Shown here piece by piece: positions 17,634 through 26,212 of a stretch of DNA of 64,000 nt. Every line of letters begins with the position of its first letter. Position 1 is the first letter of the stretch. The translations under genes and the position numbers were made by a program. The notes beneath the pieces are model-generated. The model was not told where the DNA came from, searched no databases, and saw only the letters and a list, made by a program, of their open reading frames with translations. Source of the DNA: Lachnospiraceae bacterium (GTDB lineage Bacteria; Bacillota; Clostridia; Lachnospirales; Lachnospiraceae); assembly GCA_021205305.1 (NCBI GenBank), contig JAJPXU010000011.1, positions 10,553 through 74,552 of the forward strand. Direction: 5' to 3'.

Positions 17634-18374
17634 TTAACATAAGACAAAATAGCCTGCTTTCTTATAATAAAATTCCTGCTCTGTCTCAAACAGCTCTTCC
17701 AGCTTCGATACATCCCGATTCTCACGATATAATTTCAGACCTTCTAAATAAAGTTCCCGCTTTTCGTCTTCTATCACAACCGGACAAATCCCGTGTGTCA
17801 GACATTCCCGAAACAGAATCAGCCGCCCGGTTCGTCCGTTTCCATCCTGAAACGGATGAATGCTCTCATATCTGGCATGAAACTCCGCCAGCACCGCCAG
17901 ATTCACGGGCTGATCAGAATACCAGGAAAGGAGCCGTTCCATTTCTTCCGGCACATCCGCAGGCAGAACAGTCGGATAAATCCCAATGATATTCGCTCTC
18001 TTTTTATAATCCCCAATCGCGTAGCCATTCGCCCGGTCCTCAAAAACTCCCGACTTAAGCTCATAGTGAAACGCCTTAATCAATTCCTGCGACAGCGGCT
18101 CCTCCAGCGTGTCCAGCATCCGGTTAAACATAAGGAAATGACCATTCATCTCTTCTACATCTTTTGCCCGATAACAGTCATCCGATTTTGGAAGCGTTCC
18201 CTGGTCAAACAAAGAAGCCGTCTGCTCTTCCGTCAGCGTACTTCCCTCAATCTTGTTCGAGTTATACGCCAAAAGCCGCTGGGTGAACGCATACACACCA
18301 GAGCGGTCAAACCGTTTTCGTTCTATTGCAAACCGTTCCAGAAGAAATGTTAAAAAATCCGAATCATTGACCAC
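17634..18374 (-). CDS. Fic-domain protein (class II, N-terminal inhibitory motif)
   Basis: HPFQDGNGRTGR Fic motif; SNKIEG matches (S/T)xxxE(G/N); GTG start after GGAGG. Confidence 0.92.
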   Translation of the reverse strand: MVNDSDFLTFLLERFAIERKRFDRSGVYAFTQRLLAYNSNKIEGSTLTEEQTASLFDQGTLPKSDDCYRAKDVEEMNGHFLMFNRMLDTLEEPLSQELIKAFHYELKSGVFEDRANGYAIGDYKKRANIIGIYPTVLPADVPEEMERLLSWYSDQPVNLAVLAEFHARYESIHPFQDGNGRTGRLILFRECLTHGICPVVIEDEKRELYLEGLKLYRENRDVSKLEELFETEQEFYYKKAGYFVLC

Positions 18375-18604
18375 GACTTACACCTCCCCTGCTCAAAAAC
18401 GCACTATGATTTCTGTCGGATTCTCCGCCTAAACATCCGATGATTTCACAACCATAACAAACCATAGCAAAAGCCGCTGCTCACCGCGTCCGGCGATTCT
18501 CACAGTTAAGAAATACGCCTGCACGGCAACGACAGCGGCTCCCATTTCAAAAGTTATATCAAAAACTAAATCAAATACACTTTCCGCTATATATCACTCT
18601 GACA

Positions 18605-19852
18605 TTACTGTCTGTAAGCGCTGCGGTTCAGCACCAGATGCTTCGGAACACCGTTTACCATCAGCGGAGTCAGTTCGCCAAGAATCAGCGGACGCGCATA
18701 TTCCACATAGCCCTCTCCGATGTCTGTACCATCGTTGATGATCCACTCTGCCGGAACCGGTCTCTCTACGTTCGCGATCGCGTGAATATCATAGATGCTG
18801 TAGCCAACCTGATACGGGCTGCGCTCCTTGACATCGATGGTAATCATCATACCAGTCTGACCCTCGTCAGCTGCCTTGCATGCCAGATAGCCTACGTTAA
18901 ACGCCTCATTGATATCGTTCAGGGAGGCAATGTGTGTCGCTGCTCTCTGCAGTGTGGAGAACTCGATCGCACGGGTCTTCAGCCCTGTCTCTGCGGCAAT
19001 CTTGTTAGCCAGAACAACACCGCAGCCGGAAAGCTGCTTATGGCCAAATGCATCCACATAATCAGAACCCGCGCCCAGCTCGCACACGAAGCGGCCGTCC
19101 GCAATCTTGATACCTTCTGATACCGCGATCACTACAGAGCTCTTCTTCGCCGCCAGATCCTTCACTCTCGCCAGGAAATCATCCATATCAAAGGTCGATT
19201 CCGGCAGATAGATCAGATCCGGACCTTCACAATCCTCATCTCTTGAAAGTGCGGCAGCCGCGGTCAGCCAGCCAGCGTTACGTCCCATGATCTCCACGAT
19301 GCAGACGGTCGGCTTCTCAATACCGAAGCTCGCGTTGTCGCGGATAATCTCCTTCAGAGAGGTCGCGATGTATTTCGCTGCGGAACCGTAGCCCGGGCAA
19401 TGATCGGTAATCGGCAGGTCATTGTCAATCGTCTTCGGAACGCCCATGAAGCGCTGAGATTTACCCTTCAGAGCTGCATAATCGGAAAGCATCTTGATCG
19501 TATCCATCGAATCATTGCCGCCGATGTAGAACAGACACTCGATGTTATACTTCTCAAGAATCTCAAAAATCTTGTCATAAACCGCCTCATTGCCCTCGAT
19601 CTTCGGCAGCTTATAGCGGCAGGAGCCAAGGAACGCGGACGGCGTTCTCTTCAGAAGCTCGATGTCCTTGTCTTCCTTAATATACTCGCTCATGTCCACC
19701 AGATCCTCATTCAAAAAGCCCTGGATCCCATGATGCATACCATAAATCTTCTCCACGCCAAGCTCTCTCGCCTTGCTCACAACGCCCGCGAGACTGGAAT
19801 TGATCACAGCTGTCGGTCCGCCGGACTGACCTACTACAATATTTCCCTTCAT
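18605..19852 (-). CDS. pfp: 6-phosphofructokinase, PPi-dependent type
   Basis: GQSGGPTAVIN, GGNDSMDT (Asp rather than Gly), PKTIDND (Lys), EIMGRNAGW. Confidence 0.85.
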   Translation of the reverse strand: MKGNIVVGQSGGPTAVINSSLAGVVSKARELGVEKIYGMHHGIQGFLNEDLVDMSEYIKEDKDIELLKRTPSAFLGSCRYKLPKIEGNEAVYDKIFEILEKYNIECLFYIGGNDSMDTIKMLSDYAALKGKSQRFMGVPKTIDNDLPITDHCPGYGSAAKYIATSLKEIIRDNASFGIEKPTVCIVEIMGRNAGWLTAAAALSRDEDCEGPDLIYLPESTFDMDDFLARVKDLAAKKSSVVIAVSEGIKIADGRFVCELGAGSDYVDAFGHKQLSGCGVVLANKIAAETGLKTRAIEFSTLQRAATHIASLNDINEAFNVGYLACKAADEGQTGMMITIDVKERSPYQVGYSIYDIHAIANVERPVPAEWIINDGTDIGEGYVEYARPLILGELTPLMVNGVPKHLVLNRSAYRQ

Positions 19853-19885
19853 TGTAACTTCCTCCTGAAATTCTGTTTGTTTCAA

Positions 19886-19956
19886 TTCAGAACAGTATCA
19901 AATTGAAAAGACAGACTGTGCAGATTTATCTGCTAAAAGCGGCCTGCTGTTCTGAA
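19886..19956. repeat. Family D element with TTCAGAACAG...CTGTTCTGAA inverted ends
   Basis: Both ends and the internal GAAAAGACAG and GGCCTGCTGTTCTGAA are shared with 60159-60259. Confidence 0.75.
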
Positions 19957-20157
19957 TGGTTTCCTTTGAAAATACCGATTTCTTATAAAAAACAAACCGG
20001 ATTTTCCCGCAAAGCAGTATAGCAGAATTTTCCTGATACCGCAAGATGGAATCTGGAGATTTCACACTTTTTACTGACCTGTTTTCACTATTGCATTTCA
20101 CAGGCGATATCACCAGGTTCAATCGTCGGTATTTTTCAAAATACATACCTGCTTCGG

Positions 20158-20193
20158 CTTGCAGGCACAGCCTGCCGCGTGTTATACTGTCCG
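20158..20193 (+). promoter_or_regulatory. Promoter of the DMT gene
   Basis: TTGCAG-18 nt-TATACT with extended TG. Confidence 0.5.
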
Positions 20194-20218
20194 AAGCATA
20201 ATAAAATCGAACTGGGAG

Positions 20219-21130
20219 ATGACATTTTTGAAAAAAGCAATGAGTTATGGTATTTTAGCTTCGTTCTTTTTTGCGTTTACGTTTCTGCTTAACCGAAGCA
20301 TGAACCTGGCCGGAGGATACTGGCTCTGGAGCGCGTGTCTGCGCTATCTCTTTATGCTGCCAATGCTGGCTCTGCTGCTCTCCATCAGAAAAGGCAGCCA
20401 GATCAGACCTGTCTGTGCTGCCATTCAAAAGGCCCCCGCCCCCTGGCTTGCATGGAGTACGGTCGGCTTCGGCCTGTTCTATCTGCCGCTGACGCTGGCA
20501 TCCGTCTATGGAGAGTCCTGGCTTACGGCTGCTTCCTGGCAGATCACAATTGTGGCAGGCGTCCTTTTGACACCCCTGTTTGGGAAAAAAATCCCCCTGA
20601 AAAACCTGGCGATGTCCGCGCTCATTCTCGTTGGCGTCGCCATTCTCCAGCTGCCGCATATGTCAGGCCAGACGTTTCAGAACAACTGTGCCGCATTTGT
20701 GCCGATTCTGATCGCGGCCTTTAGCTATCCGCTCGGAAACCGCAAAATGATGCAGCTTTGCCCTCCGGAATTTGATACCCTCCAGCGAGTTTTTGGCATG
20801 ACGCTTTGCAGTACGCCATTCTGGATTTTATCTGCCATAGCCGCATTTGTGAAATCCGGTCCGCCCGCTGCCGGCCAGATCATCCAGTCACTGGGAGTCG
20901 CCCTTTTTTCCGGAGTGATCGCGACGATTCTTTTCTTCCACGCGACGGATCTCGTAAAGGAAAATCAGAAAAAGCTGGCCGCTGTGGAAGCCACCCAATG
21001 CGGAGAGGTGCTTTTTACACTGCTCGGAGGCATTCTCGTGCTCGGAGATCCCTTTCCCGGCCTGCTCAGTTTTCTCGGCATTATACTGATTATCATTGGA
21101 ATGATCGCTAACAGCCTGCTGGCAGGATAA
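20219..21130 (+). CDS. DMT-superfamily membrane transporter (B. subtilis YjlA-like)
   Basis: About ten hydrophobic segments; GILASFFFAFTFLLNRSM, YPLGNRKMM, EATQCGEV. Confidence 0.8.
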   Translation: MTFLKKAMSYGILASFFFAFTFLLNRSMNLAGGYWLWSACLRYLFMLPMLALLLSIRKGSQIRPVCAAIQKAPAPWLAWSTVGFGLFYLPLTLASVYGESWLTAASWQITIVAGVLLTPLFGKKIPLKNLAMSALILVGVAILQLPHMSGQTFQNNCAAFVPILIAAFSYPLGNRKMMQLCPPEFDTLQRVFGMTLCSTPFWILSAIAAFVKSGPPAAGQIIQSLGVALFSGVIATILFFHATDLVKENQKKLAAVEATQCGEVLFTLLGGILVLGDPFPGLLSFLGIILIIIGMIANSLLAG

Positions 21131-21165
21131 TCTTCTGTTGTAACTGTTCAGCACCTTCTGTTTTC

Positions 21166-22017
21166 TCATCGTTTCCTGCAAAGCTGCCAGAACGCCACCG
21201 CGCTCGCGGCAGCTACATTCAGTGAATCGACTCCATTTGACATCGGAATCCGCACGGTGTAATCGCATTTGGCAATCGTTGCCGATTTCAGCCCGTCCCC
21301 CTCGGTTCCCAGCACAACAGCCAGTCTTGGAATCTCATTTAAAGCCGGATCATCCAAAAAACAGGAATCCTCACACAAGGCCATAGCTGCGGTAGTGAAT
21401 CCGCAGCTATGCAGCTGTTCTGTCCAGTCGTCTTCTTCCAGCCATGCCCATGGGATCTGAAACACGGTTCCCATGCTGACACGCGCAGACCGGCGATAAA
21501 GCGGATCGCTGCATCCTTTCGTCAGCAAAACCGCTTCTACCCCCAATGCCGCGGCGGAGCGGAAAATCGCGCCCACATTCGTCGGGTTCATAACATCCTC
21601 CAGCACAGCAATCCGACGCGTCTTACTGCAAAGCTCCGCCGCTTTCGGAAGGGCTCTGCGCCGCATCAGACACAGAACGCCCCGCGTCATGGAATACCCC
21701 GTTATTTTCTCAAGCACAGCTTTATCCGCTGTATAGACAGGAACATCCAGATATTTTGCCAGCACTTCATCTATCACACCAGATAACTGCGCCTGTTCAA
21801 TCAGAAAAGAGAGCGGCGCATATCCGGCTTCCAGGGCGCGCATGATTACATTCGGACTTTCCGCGACGAACAGCCCCATCTCCGGTTCATTATAATGAAG
21901 CAATTGCCTCTCAGAGAGCTGTGAAAAAGGCAGCAGCTCCGGTATATCTAAATCTGTGATTATTCTGCAATCCATTCTTTCCCTGCTTTCCAGTAAAATA
22001 TTTGCTATTCCTTCCAT
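21166..22017 (-). CDS. TrmH/SpoU-family RNA 2'-O-methyltransferase
   Basis: NPTNVGAIFRSAAALG, LGTEGDGL, VRIPM..VDSLNVAAASAV. Confidence 0.93.
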   Translation of the reverse strand: MEGIANILLESRERMDCRIITDLDIPELLPFSQLSERQLLHYNEPEMGLFVAESPNVIMRALEAGYAPLSFLIEQAQLSGVIDEVLAKYLDVPVYTADKAVLEKITGYSMTRGVLCLMRRRALPKAAELCSKTRRIAVLEDVMNPTNVGAIFRSAAALGVEAVLLTKGCSDPLYRRSARVSMGTVFQIPWAWLEEDDWTEQLHSCGFTTAAMALCEDSCFLDDPALNEIPRLAVVLGTEGDGLKSATIAKCDYTVRIPMSNGVDSLNVAAASAVAFWQLCRKR

Positions 22018-22202
22018 AAAATAAGGAATGCCATGTTTTCTCCCTGCCGCAAATACCGCAGGTCTCTTCGAGGCATATTATAACAATCCGAGCCACCGGA
22101 TTCAATCCTGATCCAGTCCTCCCCCGTGGAAAAAAATCAATTCGTTACTCGTTCTCTCCGCGCCCCGCAGCGGAGTGCGTGACGCGGATATGACATGTAA
22201 TT

Positions 22203-23765
22203 TCAATCCTCCAGTGACCGGAAATCGACATACCCCGTTGCCAGATCATCCGCGTAAATCAGATAGCTTCCGCCCTCCATGTTCAGATAGAGATACGGCA
22301 TCTCATCCACACGAACAATCCAGGCGACTGTAACCGTGACGGTCTCTCCTGCCAAAAGGTCGGTAATGTAATTGCTTCCGTTTGTTTCCTCTCCGCCGGC
22401 GGTATAATAGTCCATCGCATAGCCGCGGGGTATTGTCGCGTAATCCCAGTCACCCTCCTCAAGCGTGCTTCGGTCATAAATGGCTATCATGCCGTCCTCA
22501 TCCTCTGTCAGAGTGATCAGGTCTGCGTTATACAGAACATTGTGCAAGTCGGCCTCTCCGTTATTGGTATATTCAATGGTCGCGCAGATCAGCTTCTGTT
22601 CCGCTTCCTCCGTCTTTACCACGGTATTCAGAGAATTGACGCCGTCGCCTGCTTTCACGTAATCAATCTGCATCGGCAGCAGATTGCCGTCTTCGTCTGA
22701 ATACGTCTGCAGGTCATTGGTATAGATCCCGGAATCCAGTATGCTCTGCCAGTCGTCGCCCAAGGCGCTCATATTGTCTGACACCCAGACCCCGCTGACC
22801 CGGACACTGACCGTATGGAAAGACTCCTCATCTGCTTCACTATCCGAATAGGCAGATATCTCAAAGGAATCCCCGATCTGGTGTAGGTTTTCCTCCACAG
22901 CTGATGCTTCCACCGCCGTACAGGCGCCATCCTCCTCCGGATCATCGTCTATCTCTGGCAAATCATCTTCCTCGGGCAAGGCGTCCGCAAGGAGCGTTGT
23001 TTCTTCACTGCCGGTCACAATGAGTCCTTCCGCGACCGCAAGCAGCTCGTCCTTTGTCACTTTACCGCTCATTGAATAAATCCTGAGAATGCGCCAGACC
23101 TCCGGGTACAGGATATACAGCATCTGCGTCGTATTTTCAGAACCGTCATCCAGATACTCTTTTTCCAGCCAGACAGCGTAGTGACCGTTCAGCTCCAGTT
23201 CCTCGCTGTCCACCACATTGGTTTCCGAAATCTGCATTTCCGCGGGATTCTCACCCATGATCTCCTCTGCGATGCTGAAGCTTCCGCCCCAGAGATCGTC
23301 CTCGTAATCAATCTTCCAGCCGTCGTCGTACTGCACCATCCCCTCCGGGAGATAGGACGCTTCCACCGTCACACTTGCCGGAATCTCCTCCGGTACTTCC
23401 AGTTCGGCAAGCATCGCAGCCATCGAGCCTTCGGAGTCTGTCTCCGTCTCAGCTGAGCCGATGGTAATGTTTATTCCATAGTCTCCTTCTGTCTCTGTAA
23501 AAAACCGCGCTCGGATGGCAGTACCAGCCGCCACGGTCGTACACATGATGGCGGCAGCGGCGGCAACCAACAGAAACGTTTTTCCGGCCTTTTTCCGCCC
23601 TGTGCTTCTGCTTCGATTCTTTTGCGGATGCTCTGCCTTAGCATCGTCCAAATGCGCAGCGGAATGCGTTTCCACACTTATCTGCGATGCCACTTCACGC
23701 TCTATCATCGTTCGCATACTTTCCGGCATTTCCGGAAATTCTTCTCTCATATTTTCTAAGTTCAT
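22203..23765 (-). CDS. Membrane-anchored anti-sigma factor candidate with acidic extracellular region (DUF4367-like segment)
   Basis: Directly after the ECF sigma; short cytoplasmic N-terminus, one TM (FLLVAAAAAIMCTTVAAG), SYLPEGM motif. Confidence 0.65.
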   Translation of the reverse strand: MNLENMREEFPEMPESMRTMIEREVASQISVETHSAAHLDDAKAEHPQKNRSRSTGRKKAGKTFLLVAAAAAIMCTTVAAGTAIRARFFTETEGDYGINITIGSAETETDSEGSMAAMLAELEVPEEIPASVTVEASYLPEGMVQYDDGWKIDYEDDLWGGSFSIAEEIMGENPAEMQISETNVVDSEELELNGHYAVWLEKEYLDDGSENTTQMLYILYPEVWRILRIYSMSGKVTKDELLAVAEGLIVTGSEETTLLADALPEEDDLPEIDDDPEEDGACTAVEASAVEENLHQIGDSFEISAYSDSEADEESFHTVSVRVSGVWVSDNMSALGDDWQSILDSGIYTNDLQTYSDEDGNLLPMQIDYVKAGDGVNSLNTVVKTEEAEQKLICATIEYTNNGEADLHNVLYNADLITLTEDEDGMIAIYDRSTLEEGDWDYATIPRGYAMDYYTAGGEETNGSNYITDLLAGETVTVTVAWIVRVDEMPYLYLNMEGGSYLIYADDLATGYVDFRSLED

Positions 23766-23886
23766 AGATTACCTCTCAGTCTGTTTCTCTTTTTCACATG
23801 ATTTCCCTTGCTTCTAATCGCCAATTGCCCCTTCCCTGGCGTCCAATTCCTGTGATTCTATTTTACAGGCTGCGCTTTCAACCGTT

Positions 23887-24378
23887 CTACATGGATGCCA
23901 TGTCTGGAAAATCTCCCGTTTCCAGCTCCCTGCGCAGTCTTGCCTTTGCTCTCGAAAGGCGGCTTTTTACTGTATTTTCGTTCACTTCCAGAATGGATGC
24001 GATTTCCCGGATGCTGTAGCCCTCCATATAAAAAAGCGTTACGCAAATCCGCATTTCCTCAGGCAGAATTTCCAATGCCTCATACAAATCCGAGTAATCC
24101 CTTCCCGTTTCTTCCTGATCCGGCATGACCTGCTCCTCGATGGAAACCAGATGCTTCTGATTTCGCAAAATGTCATAGCATTCGTTAATCAGGATTCTGG
24201 TCAGCCATGTTTTCGCATACTCGTCCCTGCGGAGTGTGTGCAGCTTTGTAAAGGCGCTGACAATCGCTTCCTGTATCGCGTCTGCGCAGTCCGCATCCTC
24301 CCGCAGCAGAGTCTTTGCCACATGATACAGGGAATCCTCAGAAGCAAGGATCAGACGCCCCAATTGCTCTTTCGTCAT
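23887..24378 (-). CDS. ECF RNA polymerase sigma factor
   Basis: DCADAIQEA, WLTRILINECYD (region 2), YSIREIASILEVNENTVKSRLSRAK (region 4). Confidence 0.95.
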   Translation of the reverse strand: MTKEQLGRLILASEDSLYHVAKTLLREDADCADAIQEAIVSAFTKLHTLRRDEYAKTWLTRILINECYDILRNQKHLVSIEEQVMPDQEETGRDYSDLYEALEILPEEMRICVTLFYMEGYSIREIASILEVNENTVKSRLSRAKARLRRELETGDFPDMASM

Positions 24379-24449
24379 AAGTTTCGTTCCTCTCTGAACT
24401 TTTTTCTGTTTCGGTCATTCATGAATACCTTTATACCAGCTTACATTAT

Positions 24450-24478
24450 TTAGACGCACGAGAGGGCAAAAAAGTTCC
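24450..24478 (-). promoter_or_regulatory. ECF-type autoregulatory promoter
   Basis: GGAACT-16 nt-CGTCTAA on the minus strand, about 70 nt before the sigma start. Confidence 0.75.
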
Positions 24479-24705
24479 CTTTCGGCAAAAATTTTTCTGT
24501 TTCGTTTATAAAGAAAGAAGAACAGAAATGCAGCCCCCGCGGGTTTCAGAACCAACGTAGACTGCATTTTCTTAAATCAATGTTATTGTTGAAAGATCTT
24601 TTAAGCAGGCTCATAAAAGTCCTGCTGAACAACAAAAATATAAGGATAGATTTCTCTGGCTCCATCCGCTTTCTTATAAGACCTGGCCGATGTATCTAAA
24701 AAAAT

Positions 24706-24903
24706 TTATACATGATATATCACATAAACACCCACAATCACCAGCAGTACCGCTAACAACACGAAAAAAGCAATTTTCCCTGCGCGCTGTTTTCCTTTTG
24801 ACTTTTGTTCACCGGCATCCCGTTTTCTTTCATGCTCCAATGCATTTGTTTCCAAAGCCATATTTTGCATGATATTGTCTCTTCTTATTGGATTCATCCC
24901 CAT
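24706..24903 (-). CDS. Small single-TM protein, unknown function
   Basis: AGGAGGTG RBS; basic patch followed by a C-terminal hydrophobic helix. Confidence 0.6.
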   Translation of the reverse strand: MGMNPIRRDNIMQNMALETNALEHERKRDAGEQKSKGKQRAGKIAFFVLLAVLLVIVGVYVIYHV

Positions 24904-24920
24904 TATTCAAACACCTCCTG

Positions 24921-25055
24921 CTACACTGCCTCAGAATTATCTGATGATTCTTTGAAGAATTCCTGCAGCATTCTCGTTTTATCCACAAAATACGGCTTTT
25001 TTGTTTCACTCTCATAAAGCGAAAGCAACAACGGGTTATTCAAATAGTACCCCAT
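24921..25055 (-). pseudogene. 44-codon remnant resembling the N-terminus of AAA-ATPase-like (PD-(D/E)XK-associated) proteins
   Basis: Hand translation MGYYLNNPLLLSLYESETKKPYFVDKTRMLQEFFKESSDNSEAV*, GGAGGTG RBS; YLN...YFVDKT pattern recognised from memory. Confidence 0.6.
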
Positions 25056-25346
25056 ACTCTTACACCTCCATTCGCCTCTTGACGAGCATCACACTTTATA
25101 AAACATCATCACTGCTGTTGTCATTAATTATCATAGCACAGCAAGAGTAGGTATTCTACAAATATTTTTCTTATGATTTTCCTAATCCTCTTTTGCTTGC
25201 TACCAGAAGTTTAGTGATGCCTGTTGGATTACTACACTTCTTCCCGGGCATGTACAATTCCGGGGACGCCGCAATTCGTCTATACAACTACCTTTGTGGT
25301 CAATGGCATGGTTGCAATGCCGGAACAGTGAATATTGGTTCGTTTT

Positions 25347-26093
25347 TTATTCCATTCCAACCAGAAACCCGGCATCCGTCAGACTTTTCTCCGCAGCTTC
25401 AGCATTACCCTTCCCTTTTATCCGAAGCCAGACCAGATGCACAGATACAGAGCTTCCATAACCAGCGAGCCATGTGCGCATCTGAGCCGCATCCATATAG
25501 AGGCCGTCACCGGATACCAGACCGAGAAATTCCGCTGTATCCGCCGACGTATATCCGGAACCGCCTGAATTACCCGCTGAACCTGAGCTACCGGCAATAT
25601 TGGAAGCTTCCAATACGATCTGTGCCGTCAGGTTCTCGATAGATTCTGTCAAAATCTTCGATTGCCGTGCGGTAATCGCCGTTCCGTTTGCATCCGTCAT
25701 AGTGTTAAAAATTTCTTCCCCAACCAGAAGGAGCGGCGCAGAACCAAGCTTCTTTTCTCCGGTAGAGCGAACCAGTGTAAATGGAAATGTCTCCAGATCG
25801 ACTCCCATCAGGGTTATGGATATCTGCCAGTCTCCTACTGTCAGAGTGACTTCCGATTCCATAACGGTCCACAGTTCTTCAAAGCCGGCAAAACGGCTCA
25901 TGGATGTACACAGTTCTGTCGTAATCTCCTGTGAAGGCAGGCGGGCAGAAAAGATATATGTCTGCCGTTCCTGCCATTGTTCCAGTGCAAACTGTGCCAG
26001 GAGAAAAATCAGAGCAGCCGCTATGCCAGTCACGAAAACCACAGCGCTGACAAATGGCAGATATTTTCTTTTATTTGCTTTCCGTTTTGTCAT
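25347..26093 (-). CDS. Single-TM protein resembling the N-terminal/periplasmic part of a MacB-like ABC permease, possibly truncated
   Basis: One N-terminal TM, then ITLMGVD..FPFTLV..G..LLVGEE; no C-terminal TM bundle. Confidence 0.5.
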   Translation of the reverse strand: MTKRKANKRKYLPFVSAVVFVTGIAAALIFLLAQFALEQWQERQTYIFSARLPSQEITTELCTSMSRFAGFEELWTVMESEVTLTVGDWQISITLMGVDLETFPFTLVRSTGEKKLGSAPLLLVGEEIFNTMTDANGTAITARQSKILTESIENLTAQIVLEASNIAGSSGSAGNSGGSGYTSADTAEFLGLVSGDGLYMDAAQMRTWLAGYGSSVSVHLVWLRIKGKGNAEAAEKSLTDAGFLVGME

Positions 26094-26169
26094 GGCTTTC
26101 CATGTGCTTTCTTTTTCATGGTTTTATCTCCTATAAAAACGCCTATCGCAAAGTGATTCAAATTGGCAG

Positions 26170-26212
26170 CTCGCCATCGGGTGAAGTTCAATTCTAATCG
26201 GCAAGGTTCTCC
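26170..26212 (+). repeat. Degenerate family A palindrome overlapping the stop codon of the COG1361-like gene
   Basis: CTCGCCATCGGGTGAAGTTCAATTCTAATCGGCAAGGTTCTCC aligns with 28391-28430. Confidence 0.65.
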
